Source: Bacteroidales bacterium
GTDB lineage: Bacteria; Bacteroidota; Bacteroidia; Bacteroidales; UBA1715
Direction: 5' to 3'
Length of the DNA stretch: 53,699 bases
NCBI GenBank assembly: GCA_036752345.1
Contig: DAIOSV010000004.1
Span: 1-53,699, forward strand
Shown in pieces: positions 9,311 to 19,400 of this stretch (position 1 is the stretch's first letter; each line of letters opens with the position of its first letter). A program made the position numbers and the translations under genes. The notes below the pieces were generated by a model that made no database searches, had not been told where the DNA came from, and saw only the letters and a program-made list of their open reading frames with translations.

Positions 9311-10150
9311 GAGAATTTTTTGCCAATTCAGTACATCCATTTGTAAAATTATGCTCATAACTGCAGCAATAATAGGCTGAATGTATGAATAAACGCTCAC
9401 AACTGTTGGCCGGAGTCGTTTTTGCCCTATAGGAATTAGAAAATATGCGATGAAGGTAGCTCCAAACACAGTAAACGCAAGATCAAACAAGAATCTTCCT
9501 GAAAGCGCGTTGTAGTTTATCGTTGTAAGTTCTTTTCCCACAAATGGAAGTGCTACAATAGTAGAAAACAGAAACATCCATTTCATAAACGTTATGGTGC
9601 TGTATTTCGCTACTAATGGTCGGAATGCACCTAAGTAGAGGCCGAAAAACGCTCCGTTGAGTACCATAAGTATAACGCCAAGTGGTTGCGTGTGTGCTAT
9701 GCCGTTTGCTGAGAGTGAGCTATTGAGTATGAGGAGCACAACACCTCCAAAACTGATTGCAACGCCTCCAACTTTTTTGAGCGTGAGAGGTTCTTTTAAA
9801 AAGAATGTTGCAAAAAACATTGTGAAAATTGGAGTGAGCGATGCCAATATTGAAGCATCAAGCGGTGTGGTTTGGTTTAGAGCCGTAAGGAAACTTATTT
9901 GCGTAAGAAACAGCCCCAGCATAGAGGCAAGAAAAATCTTTGGGAAATCTTTTTTGTCAATCGGTTCCTTAGGAAGGAAAAGTGAAACGAGCCAAAAACA
10001 AACCGTTGCACCTATGGCTCGTATACAGAAAAGCCCCATTGAAGAGATAATGTGGGCTGATACAAGGTTTTTGCAAGAAATAATATTGAACCCAAATATG
10101 ACGTAAGCAATAAATATTGCAATATGGCCGACTAATTTGCTGTGGTTCAT
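9245..10150 (-). CDS. EamA/DMT family transporter (intact copy)
   Basis: 301 aa with about ten hydrophobic segments in two EamA-like halves. Its start codon abuts the stop codon of the upstream esterase gene with no gap. Confidence 0.85.
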   Translation of the reverse strand: MNHSKLVGHIAIFIAYVIFGFNIISCKNLVSAHIISSMGLFCIRAIGATVCFWLVSLFLPKEPIDKKDFPKIFLASMLGLFLTQISFLTALNQTTPLDASILASLTPIFTMFFATFFLKEPLTLKKVGGVAISFGGVVLLILNSSLSANGIAHTQPLGVILMVLNGAFFGLYLGAFRPLVAKYSTITFMKWMFLFSTIVALPFVGKELTTINYNALSGRFLFDLAFTVFGATFIAYFLIPIGQKRLRPTVVSVYSYIQPIIAAVMSIILQMDVLNWQKILAAGLVFTGVILVNKSKAKDDA

Positions 10151-11107
10151 TTATTTAGACGTAGAAAAATTATATGAGGATTTAGGTAACATCTCATTCT
10201 TTTCCAACCATTTGTATAGTTGTTCGTTCCAATTTTTTGACTCCTCCGTTGTGGTTCTGAACATTCCAAATCCGTGTCCACCGTGTTTAAGGTGCATAAA
10301 TTCATGGCTGATATTTGCCTTGGTCAATGCTTTGTCTAAAACTTCGCTATTGCGAAAATCTACAACATCATCATCTTCGGCGGCAAGAAGAAAAATCGGA
10401 GGCATATCGGTTGGAATATTTTGCTCTATTGAAAATTGTTGTATGTCGGTCTTCGTATATTTTTGGGTAAGGAGGTTTTTTCGTGAACGAACGTGTGCAA
10501 TGCTGTCTTCCATAGATACGACAGGGTATATGGCCATTACATAATTCGGTCGAACGCCAATGTTTTCCGAATCAATAAGAAGATCTTTTTGTAAATAGTT
10601 GGTGTGCGTTGCTCCTGCATGGAGTACTAAATGTCCGCCCGCCGAAAATCCAATGGCGCCAATTTTCGTGGTGTCTATGTTCATTTTCAAGGCATTCTTT
10701 CTGATTGTATAGATTGTGTATTGAATGTCTTCAATCATTGCGGGGTGGTGGAATCTGTGACTACTTACACGATATCGAAGCACAAAAGCAGTGATGCCTT
10801 GTTCTTGAAACCATTGTGCCACTTGGTGCCCTTCGTGTTTCATGCCAAGATGATGATAACTTCCACCGGGACAGATAATTACCGCAGGTGTTGTTGCTGT
10901 TTGTTGCGTAGCAGTATGTTGAACGAGAGGTTGTGTAGCCGGATATACATATATTTTTGATGTAGCTCGTCGTACCGCTTTGGTATAATTATTTTTTGTT
11001 TCACCTTTTTTGTTAAAACCATTCCATAACTCAACTTTTGAAGTGTATTGTGCAGAAAGGTTGAGGCAAGCAAAAAAAGTAAGAAGGAGAAAAATAGTGC
11101 GTTTCAT
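10151..11107 (-). CDS. secreted alpha/beta hydrolase (esterase/lipase-like)
   Basis: 318 aa with a signal peptide (FFACLNLSAQ). It has the nucleophile elbow GFSAGGH and a C-terminal HGGHGF motif. Its start overlaps the stop of the upstream gene by 4 nt. Confidence 0.8.
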   Translation of the reverse strand: MKRTIFLLLTFFACLNLSAQYTSKVELWNGFNKKGETKNNYTKAVRRATSKIYVYPATQPLVQHTATQQTATTPAVIICPGGSYHHLGMKHEGHQVAQWFQEQGITAFVLRYRVSSHRFHHPAMIEDIQYTIYTIRKNALKMNIDTTKIGAIGFSAGGHLVLHAGATHTNYLQKDLLIDSENIGVRPNYVMAIYPVVSMEDSIAHVRSRKNLLTQKYTKTDIQQFSIEQNIPTDMPPIFLLAAEDDDVVDFRNSEVLDKALTKANISHEFMHLKHGGHGFGMFRTTTEESKNWNEQLYKWLEKNEMLPKSSYNFSTSK

Positions 11108-11466
11108 CGTGTAATAATCTCTTTTACTTCTTCTATAGAAAGTTGTCGGTAAGCGGGTCTTTGACCTTCGGCAAAGGTGACTTCAAAATATTCTTCGTCG
11201 TAGAATGAAAGTTTTGAGTTCGTGTCAGGGTTGCATTCCAAATAGATGCAGTTTTGCAACTCAAGTCCTTTGGCTTTGCAAATTTGGTGAACGAGCGAAT
11301 TTGCTGCTGATGTTACTGATGAACCAGGATTTTCTTGGTACAATTCAGTTGCGATTATTACTTTTTTGCCTTTGTGTTCAAGTATTTTTAAGCCACACTT
11401 CGAAGGAAGCTCCCATTGTCCTTTGAAGTCGAAAATTTCATCATAATATGTTTCTGGAACTTTCAT
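11104..11466 (-). CDS. hypothetical cytoplasmic protein, no family recognised
   Basis: 120 aa with no signal peptide or TM segment. It is wedged between the radical SAM gene (7-nt gap) and the esterase gene (4-nt overlap). The coding call rests on length, position and the lack of a competing ORF. Confidence 0.6.
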   Translation of the reverse strand: MKVPETYYDEIFDFKGQWELPSKCGLKILEHKGKKVIIATELYQENPGSSVTSAANSLVHQICKAKGLELQNCIYLECNPDTNSKLSFYDEEYFEVTFAEGQRPAYRQLSIEEVKEIITR

Positions 11467-11473
11467 CTGTCTC

Positions 11474-12751
11474 TTATTTAATGATATTTCTTACCACATC
11501 TTTTCCAAACGATTTGTTTGCTAATTTGCGGTCGCGCGGACGGTATGTGCCGTCTTCCATTTCGCGAAGCACCACGTTGGAGAATAATTTAAACATTTTC
11601 TCTTCTTGTGTCTCCTTTTGGTAAAACATCTTCCACGCATAGTCATACAATTCTTGTAAACGCTCTGGTGTCATGTGTTTTGGGGTATATACCACTTGGC
11701 CTGCGTTGTAGTGATCCCAATCAAAGTCGAAAATTCTTCCTTGACGGAGCAAGTCGTCGTATGCTTTAGTGTGAGGGAATGGGGCAAGCACGGTGAATTC
11801 AGCCAAATCCAAATCAACCTCAAGTAAGAAGTCAATCAAACGTTTAATGTCATCTTCGGTTTGGTTGTCCAAGCCTAAAAGAATAGTGCCTTCTACGCCA
11901 ATTCCATAATCGTGGTAGCGTTTGATTCTTTCTTTAATGTAATCCGATGTGTCGTAAACGGCTTGATATACATACCAAGCGCCTGCTTGCGCTGCTAAAT
12001 CAAGTACTTCGGGGTCATCTTCAATAGTATGGCTAATCCATTTTTTCTTGAGAGGAATCATTTCTTTAAACAATTGTTTTTCCCACTCTTTATTTTGTGC
12101 AAGGGAATTGTCAACGATAAACAAACGGTTGTTGTCTATCGATTCTAAGTCTGCAATTGCTTTGTCAATTGGGCGAGGGCGAAAATTACGGCTTCCTAAG
12201 TACGATACCGCACAAGGGTAGCAGCTGAAACGACATCCGCGTGAAGCGTGAAACAAGTCAACCATAGGAACACCTTTGTGGTTGTATAAATCTCGCTTGT
12301 ATAGGTCGCGACGAGCCGGGCCTACCAAATTAATGTCGGGCATGTTGCCCATGAAATTATATACCTTTTGAAGCTTTCCGTTTTTCCAGTCGTCCATCAC
12401 GGCTTCCATCCTTCCTTCCGATTCTCCTAAAAATACAGAGTCGGCATGTTCTATAGTTTCCTCTGCATGAAGCATGGTAGAAATTCCACCAAAAATTACC
12501 TGTTTGCCCATTGCACGATATTTGTCGGCTATGGCCCATCCACGTTTTACCTGAGTAGAAAGCATCATGGAAATAGCAACCATGTCGCACTCTTCGTTGA
12601 AGTCAATTTCCTCAACATTTTCGTCGGTAAACGAAACATCAACCCATTCGGGAAGCGTTGCCGCAAATACTACCGGTCCGTGAGGCGGTAAATTAAATGT
12701 AGTTTGTCCGGGAAGTTTTTTCCATTTAGGATATATGAGTTTCAGTTTCAT
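11474..12751 (-). CDS. B12-binding-domain radical SAM protein
   Basis: It has the CxxxCxxC cluster motif in ASRGCRFSCYPCAVS. The N-terminal Rossmann-like cobalamin-binding-type region includes LIYPKW...MVAISMM...VIFGG. I prefer the ATG at 12751 (MKLKLIYPKW) over the TTG at 12772 used by the ORF track. Confidence 0.8.
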   Translation of the reverse strand: MKLKLIYPKWKKLPGQTTFNLPPHGPVVFAATLPEWVDVSFTDENVEEIDFNEECDMVAISMMLSTQVKRGWAIADKYRAMGKQVIFGGISTMLHAEETIEHADSVFLGESEGRMEAVMDDWKNGKLQKVYNFMGNMPDINLVGPARRDLYKRDLYNHKGVPMVDLFHASRGCRFSCYPCAVSYLGSRNFRPRPIDKAIADLESIDNNRLFIVDNSLAQNKEWEKQLFKEMIPLKKKWISHTIEDDPEVLDLAAQAGAWYVYQAVYDTSDYIKERIKRYHDYGIGVEGTILLGLDNQTEDDIKRLIDFLLEVDLDLAEFTVLAPFPHTKAYDDLLRQGRIFDFDWDHYNAGQVVYTPKHMTPERLQELYDYAWKMFYQKETQEEKMFKLFSNVVLREMEDGTYRPRDRKLANKSFGKDVVRNIIK

Positions 12752-12844
12752 AATACGTGTTTTCAGTTTCAATAATGAGTTTGTTCTTTGCAGAACTCTC
12801 GTATATGTGCAAAGATATGTTTTTTTGTTGTTCGGTTTTCTTAG

Positions 12845-14194
12845 CTATTTTACCAATTCTTCTAATTTATTGGCAACAAAATTGAATGGAAATTCATTGT
12901 AAATCTTGTCGAATTTTGTTTTGATTTTGTCGTTGCAAAGATTGCCAATGCTTCCTTCGTGCGTATGGTTCGCTTTTCTTTCTGCTTTGAATTCGCCATG
13001 TTTTATGTCGAGACCAACTTTTTTGTACGCATCGCGGAATGGCATTCCTTCATACGTCAATCGATTTACTTCGTCAACACTGAAAATGTAGTCGTACATT
13101 GAATCGTCAAGAATGTGCTCCGAAATTTTTATGTTGTTCAACATCAACATCATCATGTCTATGCAGCTATGCACTTCGGTAAAGCCCGGTATGATGCATT
13201 CTTTGATGATTTGCAAATCGCGGTTGTATCCAAATGGCAAATTGGTGGTGATAAACGTGATTTCGGTTGGCAATGCTTGCAATTTGTTCGATTTGGCACG
13301 AATAATTTCAAACACATCAGGATTCTTTTTGTGAGGCATAATGCTTGAACCTGTTGTGAGTTCTTCGGGGAACGAAACGAAATGGAAGTTTTGGTTCATA
13401 AACAAACACATTTCCATTGCCATTTTTGAAAGGGTAGAAGCGATGCTTGCTAGAGCGTAACTTACAATTTTTTCAACCTTACCGCGTCCCATTTGCGCGT
13501 ACATCACGTTGTAGTTCATTGATTCAAATCCCAACAATTCGGTAGTCATAGTGCGGTTTAGTGGGAACGACGAGCCGTAGCCTGCGGCAGAGCCAAGTGG
13601 GTTTTGGTTCGCAATTTTATATGCAGCCAAAAGCAGTTGTAAATCATCGGCAAGGCTTTCGGCATAGCAACCAAACCACAATCCGAACGACGATGGCATG
13701 GCTATTTGTAAATGCGTATAACCCGGCATAAGCACGTTTTTGTACTTTTCGCTGAGGTTTTGCAAAAGCGTAAACAATTCTTTTACACTGCCCGAAGTTT
13801 CTTCAATTGCATCACGAAGATACAATTTCATATCGAGCAACACTTGGTCGTTGCGTGAGCGTCCGCTGTGGATTTTCTTTCCAACGTCGCCAAGTTTTTC
13901 GGTCAACAAAAATTCTACTTGTGAGTGAACATCTTCCACATGGTCTTCAATGACAAATTTCCCTTCCTGTACTGCTTTGTAGATGTTTTTCAACTCTGCT
14001 TGTACTTGGTTAAGTTCGTCTTTTGTCAACAAACCGATTGACTCCAACATGCGTGTGTGAGCCAAATTGCCAAGCACATCGGCTTTTGCCAAATACACAT
14101 CAAATTCTTTGTCTTTGCCAACGGTGAAAGTTGAAACTTTTTCGTTAGGCGTTACATCTTTTTGCCAAAGCGTGTTAGAATGATTTTTTGCCAT
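12845..14194 (-). CDS. argH: argininosuccinate lyase
   Basis: 449 aa with the fumarate-lyase signature region (GSSIMPHKKNP) and SGRSRNDQV. Its start overlaps the argE-like stop by 1 nt (TAATG). Confidence 0.93.
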   Translation of the reverse strand: MAKNHSNTLWQKDVTPNEKVSTFTVGKDKEFDVYLAKADVLGNLAHTRMLESIGLLTKDELNQVQAELKNIYKAVQEGKFVIEDHVEDVHSQVEFLLTEKLGDVGKKIHSGRSRNDQVLLDMKLYLRDAIEETSGSVKELFTLLQNLSEKYKNVLMPGYTHLQIAMPSSFGLWFGCYAESLADDLQLLLAAYKIANQNPLGSAAGYGSSFPLNRTMTTELLGFESMNYNVMYAQMGRGKVEKIVSYALASIASTLSKMAMEMCLFMNQNFHFVSFPEELTTGSSIMPHKKNPDVFEIIRAKSNKLQALPTEITFITTNLPFGYNRDLQIIKECIIPGFTEVHSCIDMMMLMLNNIKISEHILDDSMYDYIFSVDEVNRLTYEGMPFRDAYKKVGLDIKHGEFKAERKANHTHEGSIGNLCNDKIKTKFDKIYNEFPFNFVANKLEELVK

Positions 14195-15264
14195 TATATC
14201 TTCAAATTTTCAAGTAATTCAATATATGTTTCTATTCCTTGTTTCAGTTCCGATTCAAGGATGTATTCATTTGCGGTGTGCGAGCGCATAGTGTCGCCCG
14301 GACCAACTTTTACTGATGGGAATCCCGACATAAATACTTGATCGGAGAGTGTTTCCGAACCAAAAATTTTGAGTCCAAGTTTTTGTCCGCTTTTTACGAT
14401 TGGATGGTCACATGGAATTGACGAAGAATTGAGTCTAAACGAACGAGCTGTAACTTCTGATTGTACTGATTTCTTAATAATTTCATATACCTCATGGTTC
14501 GTATAGTTTTCGTTGATTCTTACATCAACTACAAAGGTGCATTCGCCGGGAATTACGTTGTGTTGTGTACCCGCGTTTATGCACGTTACGTTCATAGAAA
14601 CGTCACCCAAAAACTCGGAATGTTTTGGGAACGTATATGTTTTAAACCACTCAATGTCTTGCATGGCTTTGTAAATGGCATTGATGCCGTTGTGGTGTGC
14701 TGCATGACCTGATTTTCCAATAGCTTTGCAGTCGAGTACTAGCAATCCTTTTTCGGCAATAGCCATTGCCATTCCGGTAGGTTCGCCAACAATGCCGAAT
14801 GAAATTTCTTCCAGTGTTGGAATTACACATTCTAAGCCATTTTTGCCCGAAACTTCTTCCTCGGCTGAGGCAACAAAAATCAGGTTGAACGGATTGTTTT
14901 CTTTTTCGTTGAAATAAAGAAATGTAAAAATGAGCGAAACTAGTGGCGCACCAGCGTCATTACTGCCTAGCCCGATAATTTTGCCTTTGTCACTAATTGC
15001 ATTAAACGGATCGGTAAGCCATCCATCGGCAGGTTTCACCGTGTCGTGATGAGAGTTAAGCAAAATTGTAGGTTTGGTTTTGTCAAAATTTTTGGAACGA
15101 ACAATTACATTGTTTTCAATACGTTGCGCTTCTATGTTGTGGTTTTTGAAAAACGCCACAAGCAGTTCGGCAGTGCCCGATTCGTTTCTACTCACCGAGA
15201 ATGTTTCAATCAATGAAACGAGTAGCTCTTTTGCTTGTTCAAATTGTTCTGTCTGAAGTTCCAT
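14194..15264 (-). CDS. M20 family deacylase (ArgE-like acetylornithine deacetylase / succinyl-intermediate desuccinylase)
   Basis: It has M20 metal-binding motifs (LNSHHDTV, ASAEEE). I moved the start to the ATG at 15264 (MELQTEQF), because the ORF-track start at 15339 would overlap the S4-domain gene by 68 nt. It is coupled to argH. Confidence 0.8.
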   Translation of the reverse strand: MELQTEQFEQAKELLVSLIETFSVSRNESGTAELLVAFFKNHNIEAQRIENNVIVRSKNFDKTKPTILLNSHHDTVKPADGWLTDPFNAISDKGKIIGLGSNDAGAPLVSLIFTFLYFNEKENNPFNLIFVASAEEEVSGKNGLECVIPTLEEISFGIVGEPTGMAMAIAEKGLLVLDCKAIGKSGHAAHHNGINAIYKAMQDIEWFKTYTFPKHSEFLGDVSMNVTCINAGTQHNVIPGECTFVVDVRINENYTNHEVYEIIKKSVQSEVTARSFRLNSSSIPCDHPIVKSGQKLGLKIFGSETLSDQVFMSGFPSVKVGPGDTMRSHTANEYILESELKQGIETYIELLENLKI

Positions 15265-15271
15265 GTGTTTT

Positions 15272-15658
15272 CTATAAATAACCAAATTCTTCAAGAGAGC
15301 GGCGGTCTTTCTTGGTAGGACGCCCGGTACCTTTGTCACGATATACGGTAAATACCATTTTTACATCTTCAAGCTTTTGCAACTCCGATTGTGGGGTTAA
15401 ATCTTTTATAAAATCAGCAACTACCTTTGCCGATTCTCGTTGTGCCAATAATCCCACAACTTGGTATGAACGAACAATTGGTGGGCGTTTTACGTGTACC
15501 ACGTCGTTGATTTTTACAATGTGTGAGGGTTTTACAGACATGCCGTCAATGGACACCTGGTTGTTTTTGCAGGCAGTAGTAGCCAAACTGCGCGTCTTGT
15601 AGAGTCGCACAGCCCATAACCATTTGTCTATTCGTAAATTTTCCTCAGTTTTTGGCAT
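15272..15658 (-). CDS. hslR: S4-domain RNA-binding protein (Hsp15-like)
   Basis: 128 aa with the S4 motif KWLWAVRLYKTRSLATTACKNNQVSIDG. Confidence 0.8.
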   Translation of the reverse strand: MPKTEENLRIDKWLWAVRLYKTRSLATTACKNNQVSIDGMSVKPSHIVKINDVVHVKRPPIVRSYQVVGLLAQRESAKVVADFIKDLTPQSELQKLEDVKMVFTVYRDKGTGRPTKKDRRSLEEFGYL

Positions 15659-15660
15659 TG

Positions 15661-16245
15661 CTACAAATCAATAAAGTTTTTTAGTATTTGCGCACCTACG
15701 GCACCACTTTTTTCGGGGTGAAATTGGAACGCAAAAAAATTATCTTTCTCAATACCTGCACTGAAATCAAGTACATAGTTACAGGTAGCAGTTGAATGCG
15801 AATTCATTTCGGCATAATAGCTGTGAACAAAATACACATAGCTTTCAGGCGTAATGTTTTTAAGCAATGACCCTTGTAAGTTGCTAATTGTATTCCAACC
15901 CATGTGCGGTATTTTTTCTTTTCCCGAAGGAAACCGTTTTACGTTCACATCAAAAATGCCTAAACAGTCAACATCACCTTCTTCGGAGTGTTTGCACATA
16001 AGTTGCATGCCAAAGCAAATCCCTAAAAATGGTTGCTTGAGCGAAACAAGCACTTCGTCAAGATGACGCTCGCGCAAATAGGGCATTGCCGTTCCTGCGT
16101 CGCCAACGCCGGGAAATATAATTTTGTCAGCTTTGTACAATACTTCAGGGTCGTTTGTTACTACGGGTTCTATGCCTAGCCGATTGAGAGCGTAACTCAC
16201 TGATTGAATGTTTCCTGCGTTGTATTTTACTATTGCTACTTGCAT
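15661..16245 (-). CDS. hisH: imidazole glycerol phosphate synthase glutamine amidotransferase subunit
   Basis: 194 aa class I GATase. The catalytic Cys lies in LGICFGMQL and the His/Glu in FQFHPEKS. Confidence 0.9.
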   Translation of the reverse strand: MQVAIVKYNAGNIQSVSYALNRLGIEPVVTNDPEVLYKADKIIFPGVGDAGTAMPYLRERHLDEVLVSLKQPFLGICFGMQLMCKHSEEGDVDCLGIFDVNVKRFPSGKEKIPHMGWNTISNLQGSLLKNITPESYVYFVHSYYAEMNSHSTATCNYVLDFSAGIEKDNFFAFQFHPEKSGAVGAQILKNFIDL

Positions 16246-16264
16246 ATTATTTTTTTATATGTTA

Positions 16265-16272
16265 CAAATGTA
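16265..16272 (-). promoter_or_regulatory. candidate Bacteroidota -7 box (TACATTTG) for the hisH-led array
   Basis: The minus strand reads TACATTTG, matching TAnnTTTG, about 19 nt upstream of the hisH ATG. Confidence 0.3.
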
Positions 16273-16407
16273 GTAAAGTTTGCGTATTGCAAAAAGGTTT
16301 CGAGCCTTCGTTTTGTTTTTTTCGAGATTCTGCACTGAAAATTGGTAAAGACTAAAAAAGTTTCTTGAAAAATCCGTATTTTCGTAGAGTTTGAATCCAT
16401 TCGATAC

Positions 16408-19400
16408 ATGTACGCTATCTTACAAAAAGTAATAGAAATTGGGCAAAGTGGGAAATCTATTCACATTATGCTTCCTGAAATATGCAATAGCATATCAAAT
16501 TTCCCCGATGTCCTTGGTGTCCTTATTTCATACAAAGATGTGAATTACTACAGTTCGCGTTTTTCAATTAGTGGACGTGTGCAAAATAAAGAACTGAAAA
16601 TCGGCAACCAAAATATTGGCGGATTGTCAATATATTACAAGGAGCAGTCGGAGTTTAAAATGATTTCCGATGACGATTTGTTTTATACGGCAACGGTGAT
16701 TTCGGGTTTCATTTCCGAGAATAAGTTGGTTGATATTACTTCTGAATATGAGCAGCGCAAACGAGAACTTGATGCAATAAAAGAGGTAAAAAGTATTATA
16801 AATACCGGGTTACCATTGGATGAATTGTTGCAACACTTGTGTGATACCTTGCCAAAATACTGGCAGTATGCTGATATTGCTTGTTGTAGAATTATTTTTG
16901 ATGATTTGACATACACCTCACATGGTTTTAAAGAGTCGCAATGGGTGATGAAAGATTCATTCGTGACGTTTGACAACACAACCGGAACCATTGAGATATT
17001 CTACACGCAAGATATTAGTTCAGAAAATATGTCAGTGTTTACGAAAGGTGAACGTGATACCGCAAACACAGTAGGTATTTTAATCAGTCGCTATATTAAT
17101 GATGTTAAAGGCCGGTTGCTGTCTAATAACCCTATTTTGAACGCCAATCCGACTAGCAAGGAAGGAATTCCGCGCGAATCGCTCATAAACAGTGATCAAC
17201 CATTGCAGAAATTACTCAACGAGCAAACGTTGGATAAGTACATTTATCTTGACATGATGAAACACAAGGTTTCTCAAATCTTGTTCGTTGCCACAATGTA
17301 TGATGCGTTCAATCTTGAAAAAGATGATAGCTTTTTTGAGAAATTCATGGGACCAATTTATCAGTATAGCATATTCACATTGCCAAGAATTATCGGCGTC
17401 TCGTCACCCGAACAGGCAATTGAGTTGCTTAAAACCACACATTTCGATTTAATTGTCTTGATGGTTGGTGCTGATGTGCAAAAACCGTTGAAGTTCAGTG
17501 CCGAAATTAAAAAGTTTACAAATGAAGTTCCAGTCTATCTTTTGCTCAATCAACAATCAAATATTGCCTATTTTCAAGATTTGGTAGTCAAAACCACATT
17601 GTTTAACAAAATATTTATGTGGAATGGCGATTCGCAGATTTTCTTTGCTATGGTTAAATCGCTTGAAGATTTGGCAAATGTTGAGAACGATACCAAGATA
17701 GGACTTGTTCGTACTATGCTGCTCATAGAAGATTCTGTGCAATATTACTCTAAATATTTGCCGGTAATTTTCTCCGTATTGTTCAACCAAGTAGGTGAGC
17801 AGATAGCCGATTTTGAACTGAACGAGTTGGAAAAATTGTCAAAAATCCGTTCTCGGCCGAAACTTTTGTGGGCGCGAAATTATGAAGAGGCTGCATTTTT
17901 GTTCAACAAATACAAGGATTTTATGACTTGTGTGATTTCCGACATGGAGTTTGAACGCAATGGAAAACTCGATAAAGAAGCCGGTCTTTTGTTTCTTGAC
18001 CATGTGCGAGAGTACAATAAAAACTTGCCGGTGCTTATGCAGTCGTCGGATCTGAACTATTCAATGTCGGCACGCAAATTCAACGCAACGTTTATCAATA
18101 AAAAGTCCGACAACTTGCTCGAAAAAATCAAAAAATTCGTGATGCATAATTTCGGATATGGTGATTTTGTGTTCCGTAATGGTAAAGGAGAAACAATAGC
18201 AAAAGCTCGAAATTTGCGCGAGTTTGAAACATTGCTCCGCATCATTCCTGATGATTCTTTGAAATACCATGCCGACCAAAATCAATTTTCCGTATGGCTC
18301 ATGGGTCGTGGCGAGATTGAATTGGCTCGCAAACTGAATCCTATAAAGTTATCTGATTTAGGAAACGACGTATCGGAATTGCGTCGTATGAATAATGTGA
18401 TTCTTGATGAATATCGTCAGACAAAAAAACGAGGGAAAATTTTAACGTTTGAGGAAACAGCAGTACTTGATGAAAAAAATGTAGTCACATTGGCACCAGG
18501 TTCGTTGGGAGGAAAAGGTCGAGGATTGGCATTCGTTAATACGTTGATAAACAACATAAATTTGAATCCATACGCCGACCGCATTGCTATTCGTACGCCA
18601 AAGACTGCAATTATTGGGACAAATGAGTTTGAAGTTTTCATAAAACAAAATTTTGCCAAAAAGAATCTCTTTGCAAAAGATTTGTCAGATGATCGCATCA
18701 AGGAGATGTTTATTGCAGCACGCCTTTCCGAAGACTTACGAAAGAAATTGGCTACGTTGCTAGAGCAGGTTTCAAAACCGTTGGCAGTTCGTTCGTCAAG
18801 TATATTTGAGGATTCCGTAACACAGCCTTTGGCGGGAGTTTTTAGTACTTATATCATTCCTAACAACGACACTGACCTTGGCAAACGATTGAGTGATTTG
18901 GAAGTGGCTATCAAATTGATTTATGCGTCGGTGTATGGCGAACAAGTCAAAGAATTTTATAAGTCAACCAATCACAAGCTTGAAGAAGAAAAAATGGCCA
19001 TTGTGATTCAGGAAGTTGTGGGCGACTATTACGACAATTATTATTATCCGCACATTAGTGGCGTTGCACAGTCATATAACTATTATCCGATAGCGCATAT
19101 GAAGCCCGAAGAAGGTTTCTCGGTATGTGCGGTAGGGCTTGGTTTTTACATAGTTGATGGAGGACGGGCGTATCGTTTTTCACCGCATTATCCAAAGGTG
19201 GACATTTTAAGCACAAAAGATCAGATAAATTCGTCGCAGACAGATTACTATGCCGTAGATTTTACCAAGAAAGACATAAACTACAAACGCGATGGAGAGC
19301 GTGCAGCATTGTCGTTGCTCCCAATTTCAGAAGCCGAAAAACACAAGACTTTAGCCCATTGTGCTTCGGTGTACAATATTCAAAATGATAGAATTGAACC

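Noticed and set aside
15265-15339. N-terminal extension of the ArgE-like ORF overlapping the S4-domain gene by 68 nt
   Set aside because: An internal ATG at 15264 gives a normal-length M20 enzyme and removes the overlap. The extension has no conserved features.
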